From contig JAYWIR010000002.1 in NCBI GenBank assembly GCA_036172245.1, positions 6,324,001-6,388,000 of the forward strand: DNA of 64,000 nucleotides. The letters are read 5' to 3'. The notes below the pieces were generated by a model. It was not told the DNA's origin and did not search any database. It saw only the letters and a program-made list of their open reading frames with translations. This document shows, one piece after another, positions 12,150 to 25,379 of the stretch. Both the position numbers and the translations under genes were made by a program. Source of the stretch: Raillietiella orientalis. Taxonomy: Eukaryota. Positions within the stretch are counted from its first letter, which is position 1, and the number at the start of each line of letters is the position of its first letter.

Positions 12150-13072
12150 GGAGTCTCCCTCTTCATCCCCCTAGTCCTCTTGGTGCGTTTCGTTTGTCTT
12201 GGATTCGGAACGTGTTGGGGCAGGAAATTCTTCTTGTGTGTTCGAGAGGATCGCTCTGGTCATGAACGTTCGTTCTCTGAGTTTTCTCGTCCGGCTTGCT
12301 TTCTATCTCTTTTTCTCGCCTTCCAAATCACCTCCTTCATTCATCTCAATCAGTGCCATCGGTCCAGCCTCCATCACAACTCAGTTCCCTTTCCTGGGAT
12401 TTTCCATTGTCGATTCCACCTTCCACTCCAAGATCTTCATCCCTGAAGGTTTCCGTGACCTTCCTGTGAGCTTTTGATGTTTGTCTCCACTTTGCTTTAG
12501 CGACAGCAGTCTCTTCTATTGGAGGACGGAGCCGCCGAGATTGGAGGAGTCCCTCCAGAGGGAAACTCATCTCTCCTATGAAAAGGATCCGTTCCTGGAA
12601 TTTATTCACCGAAGGCAACCCGCAAGGAAACTGCCCTTTGTTACACCTCTGAAGAGGACACCAAAGGGACGCTGCCAAACGTCTCTGTAGAATGCTCCCG
12701 GAGGGAGCAGCGCTCTTCTTGGCACCATGGGAGAGGCAGTTCCCTCCGAGGGGGATATCAAATAGCTCCATGGATCGCTTACGTTTCCCTTTTGATAACT
12801 GGAGGAAAATAAGAAAAATTCTGATTGGAACCTGCGCTCCTTGTTTTTTGGATGGACCCCGGAGTCGACTCCCAGTTCCATGCAGCCAACGGGGACATCT
12901 GGCTTCCGCTAACGCCACACTCGAAGCCCACAGGCCAACCGGCGTCATCCTGAGCGGGTGAGGGGACTCGGAATCCCCTCGACTCGCCCCACTTTTCTCG
13001 GAGTTGATCTTCTCCGGGAGGGATTCGAACCTGTGACTCTGGTGCCACCTGCAGAGACCTCAGTCACACGGC
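12150..13072 (-). mobile_element. Family B element with tRNA-like head
   Basis: Perfect B-box GGTTCGAATCC at 13031-13021; ATG at 12771 (MELFDIP); MKEVIWKARKR at 12340-12308. Confidence 0.7.
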
Positions 13073-13379
13073 TGTGGAAGTAGGTATACATTTACAGTTG
13101 TTAGGACAGGCTCACCTGCAAATGCACAAAAGTTCTGCAACGCTGGGACCGATAAGGAGTGCTAATAGTTCCTTTCACGCTGGATTCTCTCTGGTTGGCG
13201 CAAGAGCGCCCGCTTTCCGAAAAAGAAAAAAAAGGTGCAAGGACCGCTCCAGCTTCAGAGTATTTGGAGATGGAGGTTTGCCTTCTGGGCCATTGGGTGG
13301 AGGCGAATTCGGAACGAGGATTTCCCGGAAGCTTCTCGCGAGAATACGGGCTTCGGGAGCACTGCTGTCAGGATGGCAT

Positions 13380-14463
13380 CGCGCTTAAGCTGCTGCACAA
13401 GGATTCTCTCGCGCTGCGGCAACTTCAGTGCAAGTCACTGGGAGATCTCCAGGACTAGACGCAGTGGTTTCGGATAGCTGTCTCGTCCACTGCCGCAGCA
13501 CTGTCTGCAAGTAGCAGCCAACCGGAGGGGTGGAAGTTGTCCTGAAACATCGCAGGAGTCGAAAAGCTCCTCGACGACTGCGAAACGAGCGAGCTGGTGG
13601 ACGATGCCACTCTTCATTCCTGGATGAAGGGAACCCTCCGGTGAAGTGACCTGCTCGGTGTGCCTTTCCAGGGAGCCGTGGTTATTGTCCTGTGCGCGGA
13701 GACTTCTGCTTTTCCGCTTCGTTGGAAACCACAGGATTTCCTGCTGTTTCCGCACTGGGAACTTCCAGTGCAACCGGTGCAAGCACCTCGTTTCCGGGAA
13801 GCTGCCTCCTGTTGCCGAACTGCTGTTCCCGCACTTCCTGCTGGACTGCAGCGCCCGGAGGACACGCGGTGGAGACTTGCTTCGACGCTCTGCAAGATAC
13901 TCCTTTGGACTTGCTGTGAGACGGCGCTGTTTGACAGAAGGCGGGCTGAGAGCAGGCGTTGTGAAGGCAAGGAAGCAAAAGGTCAAATACAAGAAACCGT
14001 TTCTCCTCTTCGTGGCTAGAGGAACTCCGGCTTCGTTGAAAATGCGAGTGGCAGGATGTCTGCTGCATAGCAACAGTCCGCGTTGTGGCGGTCATGTTCT
14101 CAGCGAGGGGAGGTCACCTGCATGGCAGCCGTCTTGATGAGGATGGCTAGGAGGTGGTGCCTCGCCTGCCAGAAGTCAAAGAGATCGACACCATACACAG
14201 ACGCTTCTAGGGAGAAAGGAACGTCTTAAACCAAAGACTCCCTACCCTCCAGTCTTTTTTTTATACTCATTCATTTTCTCCTTCCCCCCCTTCCGAAATT
14301 CCCTGAAAGCCGGGCTACGTCTCGAAGGTAGTTCTCCTTGAACTCCTTTTTGCTGCTACAGGTTCTGTACCTGTACTCCGCGTCCCCCGATTTGTAGGGC
14401 ATTGTCCCCTGATTTGTAGTTTATTTATTTTTAAATAAACTTTCCAGCGTGACAGGGTACAAA
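13380..14463 (+). mobile_element. LINE 3' fragment with terminal tag
   Basis: CNRCKHLVSG...ELLFPHFLLDC; MAAVLMRMARRW (~14122); AATAAAC then tag TTTCCAGCGTGACAGGGTA (14441-14459) CAAA; followed by a short paralogous piece at 14490-14590. Confidence 0.8.
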
Positions 14464-14899
14464 CAAGAATTTTTACGAAGGTGTGGAGGGAAGCGAGGCA
14501 AAGGAAGGAGGTCAAATACAGGGATCCGTTTCTACTCTTCACCACTAGGGGAGCACCGGTTTCGTTAGGAGTGCGAGTGGCAGGGTGCCTGAGACCGGAA
14601 GAACGGAAGGCTTTGCGCGGAGAGCCCGAGATCGCACATACCCAGGGAAGAAGGAAGCACGGAGGAAACGGCGTCCACCAACGTCCTGCAGATCCGGGAC
14701 ACTTGCCGGGAATGCATCTGGCGTTAAGGACTGTCAATGAGCTTGCGGTAGGACGAGAGCGAAAACCGTGGGACTACCAAATGATCGCTCCAAACGTGTG
14801 CCTGGAAGGAGCTAAACTTCTGGAAATTCGAACGAAACTCCTGCAGCTGGGCGGCAGACTACTCACTCCAATTCGAGGTCTGAGGTCGCTCACTGGTGG

Positions 14900-17313
14900 C
14901 GCGGTGAGGGATGGCACAGCCTCCCTATTGCACCGCATTCAGATGCGGCCTGAAATCCGGAAGAAGACACACAGGAGAAGACACACCCGGAACTCAAATT
15001 ATGCTTCAATCAGGGCAGAGAGCCATTTTTGTCGGGCTCTCCGAAGGGTGGCAGTGAGTCCACGGCCGTGTGTCGTTCCAGGGTCCGCCTGGATGCCGTC
15101 AGAAATCCCTGCTGCCTCTTCCAGTTCGAAGGCGATGGCGCCCTTGACAAGAAAAATCCCCAATTGTGGCTCGGAAATCAGATCGTGGGATTCGCGCTCC
15201 CACCAGTGGGAGACCCTGGATAGCTCTCTGGTTTGGTGCTGGGCAGAAGAGCGGACCTCGGCCGAATGCAAGGACTCACGTTCATCTCGGTGCTCAGTAA
15301 TCTGCAATTCGTTTCCCGAGCGCTCTGGAGGGCGCTCTGGTACTGGGCGGCTTTTCCCTTCTGGTGGAGTCCGGCACCGAGGGTTGCCTTTGACCGGCTC
15401 ACCAACCTCAGCCGGTTCCAGTCAAACCCCGAAGCAGCTGCCACCGCTCTTCCTTTACTGTTGTTCAATGAAGTCACATGACGCCCCTCGGCGCGAAATA
15501 CCTGGCGTATTCCAGAAGCCGAACCCGTCGGCAAGTGCTGAAGAAGAACGAGAAAGCGTCAGCAGAATGAAGTGGGACCACTTCCTCCATTTCGTCGTAA
15601 TGACCGCCGTCTTACCCGGGGAAGACAGAAGACCTCACGGGCAAGAAGGATGGGGGGCAAGCAACAATGGAAAACCCGCAACTTTGGAAGCATCCCCACA
15701 ATTCCCGCGCCTTCGGGAGTCAAGAATGCAGAGACCGCTCCGATCGTGGGAGCAGGCAGCTCACTCTCGTATGGCGACTGGGAACTCCGGTCTGCGAGTG
15801 CCAGCTTACCGACACTTGCAGCCTGCAGACCTGGACTGCACGGCGGATGTCGGGAGATGCAGGTCTTAGCTGGAAGGCTGACGTGGATCCGCTCGCTGGC
15901 AAGAATCTTTCTCCTGCAGATGCTGATCGGTGTCAGCACCACCAGACGTTCCACTCCTTCCGGGCACGCATTTGTGGGGCTCACTTGAAGTCTACGATTC
16001 CCACTGTCGTCCTGTCGGAGACTCGCTGACAGTCCTTCACGACAGTGAGTCTCCAGCGAGTGTCCTGGCTAGCCGGCTAGCCTGGCTAGAGAAGTGCTAC
16101 AGCAACCCCTGGATGCGTTCCTGCGTGCCTCCTCGCCAGTCTTGAAGCCGGAACCGAAGAACTTGCGCCTTTCCTCTTGTGTTCCGGGTTGAACGGTGAA
16201 AAGGTCCTCGAGCTGAGAAGGTTGGGAAGGACGCGTAACAACCAAGGCGGAGAAAGGATGGCCTATTGGCCCGCCAAATTCAGCGCTCAGATAAAAGAAA
16301 CTGTTGGCACGTGAGCGAAGTTGGAGGAGCCCAGCTGGGAGCGGTGGAATTGTCGGCATCCAGTCCCCCTGCTCTCTGCGGAAGATCCTGGAGAGTCCCG
16401 ACATGAGCACGTGGGTGAGCAGACCACCCTCGCGTCAACGATGCTCTTCCTGAGGAGGGCACTTGTTGGCAGACAGAGGTCGATGTGGGAAGTCTCCTGG
16501 GAGATCGCAGGCACGCGGAAGCTGATGAGCGGATGGACAATGGGGAAGCTGGCGGATGCTGTTACCCCGAGTGTCCCTCTACGAGGATTACAGCGCTGGG
16601 ACGAGCTGCTCGGCATCCCATTCGAAGACCCAGAGTGGCCCACAGTGCTCAAGGACAGTAGCGCCGTCCCCCTGAAGTGCCCAGAGTCGGCACTTCTGCA
16701 CTGGCGTCATCCTTGCAACGCACTCCGACACCACTGGACGCCGGGGAGCGCAAGCCAGGACCGTCGCAGGTGCGGGGAACAGAAATCCCTCGCGCACCTG
16801 CTTGTGAATACCGTGTTGCCTTCAGGTCACTGCAGGAATGCTTTGGCACGACCCTGCGGACCCCCCGACGGCAATCCCACGGACGTTCTACAACTCCTCT
16901 TCACGCGGGAATCCCTTTCGCCAGCCGCAGCCTTTGCGGCTCTTTGCTGCATCCGTGAGATCGTGGCGGTCTGGAGAGACGGTGAAGAGGAATCGAGCGA
17001 AGCGGACGCCCCACCCAGCTTGCAGTTCTTTTTCTGCGGACGGAAGCCAGATGGCTTCACCTGGGACCTATTCAGACGGACATTGCCGGCATCCCGGAAA
17101 GGATACTCAGGCCTCACCAGGGGGCAGTGATTCCTTCCCGACCCTCTGCAGTTCATTTTATTTTATTTTATGCTTCTCCCTCCCCTCCGGGCTATCGGAC
17201 AGGCAACCCAGCAGGTCTGTGGACGAACTGAGTATGGTGGGATAACGTGTCCCATCACTATTGATGAGCTTATTTTACATTTTAGTAAACTCCCCGGCCT
17301 GTCCGGGTGAAAA
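14900..17313 (+). mobile_element. Decayed LINE RT-to-3' end with terminal tag
   Basis: FVSRALWRALWYWAAFP...LPLLLFNEV (RT-like), SASAEEE in place of (Y/F)ADD, RRRCGEQKSLAHLLVN; AGTAAAC then tag TCCCCGGCCTGTCCGGGTG (17291-17309) AAAA. Confidence 0.8.
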
Positions 17314-17410
17314 TCGGAGACATCCAGGATGAGGAGTTCCCTCCCACGCGTGAGAGGAACGGAGTCCCTCCTCTGGAACCCTCCCTGGATTCAAAGGGGT
17401 ACCCGCTATC
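17314..17410 (+). repeat. Family B internal fragment
   Basis: GGAGACATCCAGGATGAGGAGTTCCCTCCCACGCGTGAGAGGAACGGAGTCC aligns to the minus strand of ~29375-29315. Confidence 0.6.
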
Positions 17411-17610
17411 TTGAGGAGTCAACACGCACCCTCGGGTGGCGGGAGAGTAGGCGCTTTAACATCGTGTGTTAAAGAAGTGCGTGAGCCGCTATGCATACGA
17501 TGGTTTCTGAGGTGCTTGGCGAATCAAAAAGGCAAAAAAAAAAATAAAAGTTTGAAGGAAAGCAGCCAAGACAGAAAAGAATTCAAACGAATTTCCATCA
17601 TCCTCTCACC

Positions 17611-18862
17611 CTTAGGAAACTCGCCCTCGCGGCGAAACTATGCACCATGCCCTGGTGCACACCAGCACGGCTTCTCGCGAAGAGCGCAACCGGCTGCGAG
17701 GGACTCACATCTTTCCTAGTCGCTCGCGAGAGATTGCTGAGGCGTTGCGAATGCCCACCAACTCCATAAGACGGTTTCTCTGGTGGAGGAGAACACCTAG
17801 ATCTCCTGCCTCCCGCGAACTGCACTGCAACCTGGCTACAGGAGTCAGTCTTCGACTGGAGAAAGATCCACGGTTCGAGCGAGGCGTTAACATTCGCAAG
17901 CCGTTGAAGATCATCCGTAACTCGCAGAAGATGCGGTGGGCCTCGTCTACCCCTCTTGCCCCAGTGCTGCGCTCTCCAAGGAACGCAAAGGGATCCAGCA
18001 AGGTGGGAGGTGACTTGCTTCATAACAGCGAAAACAAAACTTCTGGGGGCGTGGACAACTCGGGAAGTGACGGACGCTGCGACTCCGAGTGTCCCACCAC
18101 ACGGACTTGTACGCTGTGGAGAGCTGCTTGGCATCTCTCCAGAGGTGGCGAAATGGCCTTCAGCGTGCTAGAACAGTGTAACTTTCCCCTTCGTGTGGCA
18201 GGAGTTGGTGTTGCTTGTGTTACATGGGGGAATCCCGTTCAAAGCGCGCCTTCACCACTGGACACGGGGGAGCGTGGACACAGTGCGACAGGTGGGGGAA
18301 GAAGGAGACCATCCCGCACCTGTTGTTGGACTGTGCTTCCCTCTGACCTCCTTGCGATCGCCTCGCGACGATCCTAGGAACCCCAGCGGACGACCCCAGG
18401 GATATTTTCCGACACCTCCTTGTGAGCGGTGCCGCACTGCCGCCAACCGCGTTTCTCGCACTCTGCTACGTCCGCGGAATCCTGACAGCCTGGAATGCGG
18501 GAAGAAGAGGTCGAAATGGCAGGTACGGCACCCGCTGGGCGCGGATCTTCCTGAGGACTGCCTCGAGATGGTCCCTCCTGGGCGAGACACAGACGGAGCT
18601 TGCCAGCGTCCTGATAGGATGCCGAGGACGCCTGGTAGTGTACCGTACCGTGTCCTTTCCTCGGTTCTCCCCCTCCCCGTTTTGTGTGTTTATTTTTTTT
18701 TGCTTTTGTTTTCCCTTTCCTCCACGCTGTCGAGGCAGATCTCGCCAATCTGCGTACCACTCTCTGACAGGTTCCATGCATGTGGTAGAACCAAGTGCTC
18801 TACCCACACCAATGTATCTTCATTGCTTTATGTAATAAATGCCCTGGCATAACCGGGTGAAA
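17611..18862 (+). mobile_element. 5'-truncated LINE 3' fragment with TSD and terminal tag
   Basis: RLHHWTRG... zinc-finger region, LRTASRW end motif; AATAAAT then tag GCCCTGGCATAACCGGGTG (18841-18859) AAAA; TSD AT(C/T)ATCCTCTCACC at 17597-17610 and 18863-18876. Confidence 0.85.
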
Positions 18863-21329
18863 ATTATCCTCTCACCAGGGTGGTCACGCCAGACGCGGAG
18901 CGCCCGCACCTCTTGAGCGAGGTAGGAGGAAGGAAGGAAACCGGGGAAGGCACTTAGCATCTCCGGGTTGGCAGCGAAAGGCTCACCGCGGGCCGACCGG
19001 ACCTTTTAAAGAGGACGGCGAGAGAGGCGCGGCCTCTAGAAGAGCTCGCCGAGCCTGCAACTGCACCACCACTGCTGCTTTCTACTTCGTGGGAACTCGT
19101 CGGTACACGGGAGTGTTTCTATGGGAACTGCCCTGGACTGCCCACTCGTCTCCCCCTCCACACCACTACAATGCCTTCGCTACCGCCACCGGCGTGTATC
19201 GAACTCGCCAGCAAGGTGGGAGGGGACAGCAAGGAGGTTGACGCCTTCTCCTCCATCATCCTTGACGGTTCCTTCATTGACATCTCGAGGTCGTCAGCTT
19301 GTGGCGATGACCGCTGGGGACGACCTCTCGTCTCTTGTGAACGGAGCTTGGTACCAGTACTCTTCTGCGGGCGGTGCCGGACGATCACCTTTGTTTGTTC
19401 GGCATCATTTTCCTGAGTGATCGGTGGAGGGCTCCGCTGAGAATCTTTGAACCGGGCATCCCGCCAACAGAAGGACGAACGGCAGCACTGAGCAGAACCA
19501 TCGAGGAAGAAGGTGAGGTCCATTGGCGAGAGGAAAGGAGAGGGAAAGAAGAGTCGTGGGAGAGGGAGACCAGCAAGAGAAGGAGGCGGCCTCCGCGGAT
19601 AGTCATCGTCGTCGACCCAGAATGCCCTCGTTCTGGAGCAAGGTTTGAAGGCTCCGCCTTGGCAATACCCGCGTTTCCAGGAAGCAGTAGCTGCTAGAAC
19701 GGAGGACAGAGGACACCCTGATAGTTCTCTTTTGCAGAAGATCCTCTTCGTGCGGACCCGTGGGACGAAGCACGCTGGAGTCTAAGCTCGGAGCCACCAC
19801 ACCCATCGCTGGCTCCGGCACGGGAATGCTCGGCACGGGAAGAGGCCGAGGAGGGATTTGCTCCAGCTGCTCCCTCGAACGAGCAGCGGCGGAAGACCCA
19901 AAAAGAGGATAGAGACGGATGCTGCCCCGAGTATCGAGCGCGGTATATCTCTTGTGAGGGCCGTCGCGCAGGACGGCAGAGGGACAACTCGCGCCTCGAA
20001 TGTCAATGAGCTGTGCAGCGACGGCCCGTGTTGCCGCGTGCCGAAGACGGCGGGCATCACCCGGCAGCATCGAGCATCGGGAGGTCTGCGTTTTTTCTTT
20101 TTTTAAGACGCGCTCTCGGTCCGCGCCCCGAAGGGGGGGGGGTAGCGACCGAACGCTCCTATCACAGCTCGCACTTTCCCGGAATTACCTGAGACTGCAG
20201 ATCGCAGCTCAACTACCGACCGCTCGCGTCGCATTCTTTCTTCTTTCCTTTTTTGCGCCCGAAGTTGCCCTGGAGACCTGGTCACCCTTCACCCCATCCG
20301 TCAACCGCCTCAGGAATCGAGGCAGCCCTGAAGACGCTTCCTCAGCACCTCCCCCCCCCTCCCCCGAAAATCCTCTTCCGTGCGCGCGATTTGTTTCTGC
20401 AGCAAAAGGAGAGAAAAGAGCCTCCTCCAGGTTCGCGCGTCCCGAACGGGATCCCGCTCGGCAGCCCGGGATCGACGCAAAAGGGACCGCATCGTCCTCG
20501 GAGAAGCAGGAAGCAGTGAGATTTCTTTTTAACGATGGCCGGACCGCCCGCCGACTCGGCGTTCGCTTCACGTCGTCCCTGCAAGAGCACCTCGTAGTCT
20601 TCCGCTTTGCCGGTCCAGGCAGGATCGGCAGCGCCACGTTCGAGGACGGGAGAGGAAAGGGAAGATTGTTGGTTGGAAACTACTCCTGGCCCATGATCTA
20701 ACTGCGAGCAAGCGGCGGGCTGACCCTGCCGCACGCTCGCAGTTAGATCGTTGTCGCTGTGGCGATCGCGAGGGGGTAGATTGTTCCCTCTGGGGAAGAT
20801 TCTTCGAGGTGACAGCAAGCAGGAGCTTTCCTGGATCCAGCAGCCTCGCATGCAAAATTCGGAAGCGTCACCTGCACGCGTGTTCTCTCAGGGGTCGTCA
20901 CATTCTCTCGGCCATGGCCGCGTAAGAGAAGATACGGAAGCTGCAATAGAAAATTCGGAAACGGAGGGTTCCACTTCGCTTGGCTGCAATACATGCTCAG
21001 TCTATAAGCGGTAAATATAGTAGGTCACCTACAAAAGAAATGAAAGGGTTTGGGATATGAAGGATACAAGGTGAGAGACATGCTTTCGTTTTCCTGTCAG
21101 AAGAATTCTAAGGGCACCCCACTCCCGCTCCGGGAAGGAATGTTAGAAGATTTCAAATAGATCGCTGGTCTGCTGAGGATACGGCAAACATCAGGGATGT
21201 CTTGCATCTGCCACATGTGCATCCTTCGAAGCTGATGCTCTTTGGAAGCTGATAGGATGAGCACTCTCTGTCGACTCTACAGATAACAAGATGTTTCAAA
21301 GATGATCGTTGTCATGGCGTTCTTCTGAA

Positions 21330-21640
21330 GGAATCATCCATAAAAATCAAATAAAAGAAACGAATGACCATAGTAAACATAAGTTCCATCGTCCACAAAT
21401 ACATCCTTAAATGTATATGTGCACTTATTTGTAAATGTTTCTCGCCTATTCGTATCCTTAAATACAGGCAAGCTATATCTCTGTATATAATTATACATAG
21501 ATATGTTTGCACATGCACACGCACCTGTATTTGTGAATGTATGTAAACAACTGCACACGCACAAATACATATATTTGTAGATAGATAGATAGAAAAACAG
21601 ATACAGATACGGGTATAGATATCGATATCGATCTATAAAG
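21330..21640. repeat. AT-rich simple-sequence island (TA/CA/GATA-like)
   Basis: Runs such as TAGATAGATAGATAG, ATACAGATAC and CACATGCACAC; the ORFs here are low-complexity artefacts. Confidence 0.7.
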
Positions 21641-21999
21641 TGGTTCCGTTCGGACCACTTCATACATTGTTCTTCCTTCGGGGACAACGAGGAATTCCAT
21701 ATTTCTCCAGGACTGTGATTGCCATGGAGGCCGCAGAGCTGCGGACGGTCCAAAAACGCGAGGGGGGTTCGTAGTGATCTGGTAATGAATAAGGGAAGAT
21801 GGATTTTCGTGCCGGAAGCTCTGTCAGCAATGATCCCTATCGGAAGAGAAGAAGGAGGAGAGAAGGGAGGAAGAGGAAACGGTTCAGCTATGGCGCTGTT
21901 CCTGGCGACACAAACACTGTTGCACAGTCACCTCTCCTTGCGTGACACGAGGTCAGTGGCTCTCTAGATCATACTGCGGACTCCCCATGATGTGTTCTT

Positions 22000-23108
22000 G
22001 CATGCACCATCCTTTTGCGCACCACCGGCAACGAAGGACTCTTAGAGTTGCTGCCGCGCAGCTGGCACAGGATAAGGGACTGAAGGCAAATGGCCTCTCT
22101 TCTGGAAGCCATCGCTCTTCTGCCAATCCATGAATCCGGAACGCCTGCAGGCGGCGGAAACACTGGACCGCTGCCCTGGGAGGGCTTCCGGGAGAACTCG
22201 CTCTCCTCCTTCACCCTCCAAGAGAAGTTTTTCGGGACCGGACGAAGTGGTCCCAGATGGTCTTCACGTCCCTCGTCTGCGGTGCCCTTCGCCCTCAGGG
22301 CAAGCGATGGCACTGACACGCCGGCGGCAGGGTGGCAGTCGCTCCCGCTCAGCATTGCAGGAGCGACCGAGCTCCCGGATGGCTGGAGGACGAACGAGCT
22401 GGTGGCGCCGACGTCGCCACTGCAGGTGAAGAGAACTCCTCCGGTGGAGCGACTACTTGACCGTGGTTCCTGCTCCCTGAAGAACCGATGGTCTCTCCTT
22501 TGGGATGTCGACACTCTGGCGTTCGTGCTGTGCTGCCGATGCTTCTTCTGCGCAGGGGTTCCCGACGCCTCGTTTCCCGGGGCATCCTCGAACCATTCCA
22601 GGTGCAGGACTATCGAACGGTTCCTACGCCTGCTTCTGTGCTTCCGGAAGTTCGTCCGGAGATTTCCTGAGCCCTGAGAGCACGATCAAGGATTGGCTTT
22701 GGCGATTCTTCGCGCGTGGGAGTAGCAGCAGCCTGCCTCGTCCTCGCCACCGTGACGGCACTCCATGTGCTGGGGCCTCGGTCGCAGCCAAGGGCGGTGG
22801 CCACCGGCACAGCAGTTTCCTCCGTGGGAACGGCTGCGAGGTGATCCATCTGGAGCAGGACGTTCAGCGCCGCTTCCAGGAATGAAGGAACAGCTGGTGT
22901 CAGAGACCCCTGTCCCTACTTTTGTTTTATTTATCCATTTCTTCCTCGCCCCCTTCCTTCTCATTGCGGACTGCCCCAGGAACGTACCTGTGTGTCGGTG
23001 AACTCTCCTCTCCAAAAAAACCCTCTTCCCGTCTTCGTTTCGGGAACGGCGCTGCCAGGTTGTCCGCTTGTTTTCCTCTTTAAGGAGCGTCTCAGAGTGA
23101 CCGGATGA
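22000..23108 (+). mobile_element. LINE 3' fragment with degenerate tag
   Basis: HSRCRTIERFLRLLL (zinc-finger remnant); T-rich UTR at 22920-22960; tag GTCTCAGAGTGACCGGATG (23089-23107). Confidence 0.65.
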
Positions 23109-23162
23109 AGGCGGGATCGGCGGCGCGAGTCTGCTGGGCCTCCTGCCCTCCGGATGGGCTGA

Positions 23163-23700
23163 GGCGCGGATGCTCCTGGAATCGTTAACGGGAAGCAGGT
23201 CGCCTGCCCTCCCGATCGCGCCGGTCCGCTCACCGCAACCGATGAACGCACCAGTGCGGCGGTAGATCCGCCGCCCCTAATCGAAGGACCTGCCGAGAGG
23301 CCAGAGAGGTTAGGCTCCCACAGCACAGAGAAGGAGGGAAACAACAAAAAAGGAAAAATACAATGAAGAAAAAATCAATAAAAATAAATATAAGGAACAA
23401 GGAGGGAGTGGAAAGAGCTTCCAGGTGGCAGAGTCCTGCATCCATCTAAGGATGCTGGCAAGTTCGTGCTGGGCATCTTCCGGATGGAAGAGGGGGTCAT
23501 CTCGATGCCATTTTTAGGAAGCGGACCGCGGGACGGATGACGCATCCCCGTCGTTCCTGCCTCTCTCAGCGCGCTCTGGGCGGCCACAGTTTCGCGGAGT
23601 CAGCAAAGTGCTGCTGGGCATCGCGGCTGGCGGCGGGCACCGCGTGCCAAGAAGTCTCTGGGGCTGCTGTCGTATATCCCTAGGGTCATGGAGAAGGAAG
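23163..23700 (-). mobile_element. LINE 3' fragment
   Basis: AACTTGCCAGCATCCTTAGATGGATGCAGGAC ORF2-end motif (~23440-23465), T-rich UTR, CGGCAGGTCC shared with other UTRs; possible decayed tag at 23181-23163. Confidence 0.55.
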
Positions 23701-24764
23701 CCGCCCGTGAGGGTCAGCAGCAGCCCGAGGAGAGGCGGAGCGGGAAGGGGGCGATGGCTCGTTTAGCCAGTTCCGGCTCCAGGGGAAGCGAGCAAGTCAC
23801 GTGACCTCCTCCTCTTCCTTTTTTTTTTTCCGCCACTGTGCCTCTCTCGTTGCCACGGGGAGATGATGGGGGAAGGGAGAGGAGAACGCTGTGCTCCAGA
23901 CCAACAAAACTGGGAGGCCCCTGCATTATTAACGCGATAGGGATCATCGTAATGAGGCCCCACTAAATTTCAGCAGTCAGCGAGAATTACCGGGCGATGT
24001 TGCCGGAGGAAAATATGAAGGACAGAAGGAATGATGACACTAATACATTATTGAGGAAGACGCGCAGCTCCAAGAGGAAATGAATGCATTAATTTTGAAG
24101 ATCCGCTCTGGCGCCTGGGACGTGTAGACGATTCCGTGCTTGAGGGGGACTGGGCGGGACGGGGAAGGAAAGGAGGAACGCTAGGAGGGAGCACTTTCAA
24201 GAGGGCGCGGCGGAAGCAGGAGTGGTGGAGGCTCGCGAACGGGTCGTCCGGGGTCGTGGAAGGCGAGCCCGCACGGAGAGGTTCCCTCCCGTGCCGGGCA
24301 GCGGCAACCCGATGCTTGTCGCATCGGCGGAACGCGCGCGCTGCTGGTGACCCCTTGTCCGCCGCCCGCCCTGTCCTCCCTTCGATCCCACGGAAGCCCC
24401 AACCATCTCCGGTGCATACTCTCCACGTGACGGGAACAATCCTCCGAGGTTCCGACCGGTACCGCAACTTTATTTCCGCGCGGCTTCCGTGACATCGAAG
24501 GGTGGACGCAACCCTGGCACCCCTCCACAAATCCGTCCCGGCTTCGACGATGCCATCTTAGGCGAAACTTCCAGTTGCACCGGTGTCCCTTCCGAGGCAC
24601 GCTTTTTGCTCTTGCGCCAGCGCGCATTAGAACTTCATTGCCTTGGGCAGAATGGCTTCCCCTAAGACCAAGGCTATCTTTCTGAAGAGGAAGGCGCTTC
24701 TGCCACCTCGAATTGGTCTCTACTCCCAGTCGATCCCAGCAGCAGCATTGTATTGACCAGGTAG

Positions 24765-25190
24765 GTCATTGCCTCCGTGTCATCGGCTGATTATCGTGTC
24801 GTCGTCTCATCTCCGCGTTGCTCGCTGATCATCGTGTCGCCGGCGCATCTCCGTGTCGTCAGCTCATCTCCAGGTCAGTGGTTTGCCTCCAGCGCTTCCT
24901 CTCAGCCCGAAGGGACGTCGGAGGTTCGTGGGGACCGGGATGGCAGCCCGTCGGGATGTTCTTGCGCTGTCGCTTACCTCACTCATCTTCCTTGGACCCA
25001 CCGTCGCCCTTGCGGTAAACACCCTCCCCTGCTCCCATTCCTTTCCCCGTGCAAGGCTCGTTGACGTGTCCTCATCGGTTTCAGCCACACGCAGCCAGGT
25101 CCCGTTCATCGTCTTCTTTCCGACCCGCTCCACATTCCTACTGCCTTCCCTTGCGGGCAGTCTCATCCTTCGGCCTCATGAAAAGAAGGC
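24765..25190 (-). repeat. Family C repeat with internal short degenerate tandem repeats
   Basis: CCACGAACCTCCGACGTCCCTTCGGGCTG and GACACGTCAACGAGCCT match 50030-50470 (+). Confidence 0.7.
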
Positions 25191-25379
25191 GAGTTATCTG
25201 GTCATCGGAAGGCATTCTCCCCGAGGCCCGGACGAGAAGCAATGACGGACGAGGGACGTCCGTTTTCTCTGGAAGGACCATTCACCAGTAAAGGGACTCC
25301 CGCCCCCGGCATGGAGAAATAAAAAAAAAATATTATTCCCGCTCGGGTTCTGCAGCGACACGAGTCCAACGCGTTTGCG

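Noticed and set aside
13013..13072. Functional tRNA gene at the perfect GGTTCGAATCC
   Set aside because: No complete cloverleaf or oligo-T terminator; it is the head of repeat family B.
14481..15869. 462-aa ORF, the longest in the track
   Set aside because: It crosses unrelated repeat fragments and the RT-like motifs lie partly in other frames; a chance open frame in GC-rich DNA.
19119..19523. DLTFFLDGS resembling a vWA or RNase H start
   Set aside because: The following residues do not continue either fold.
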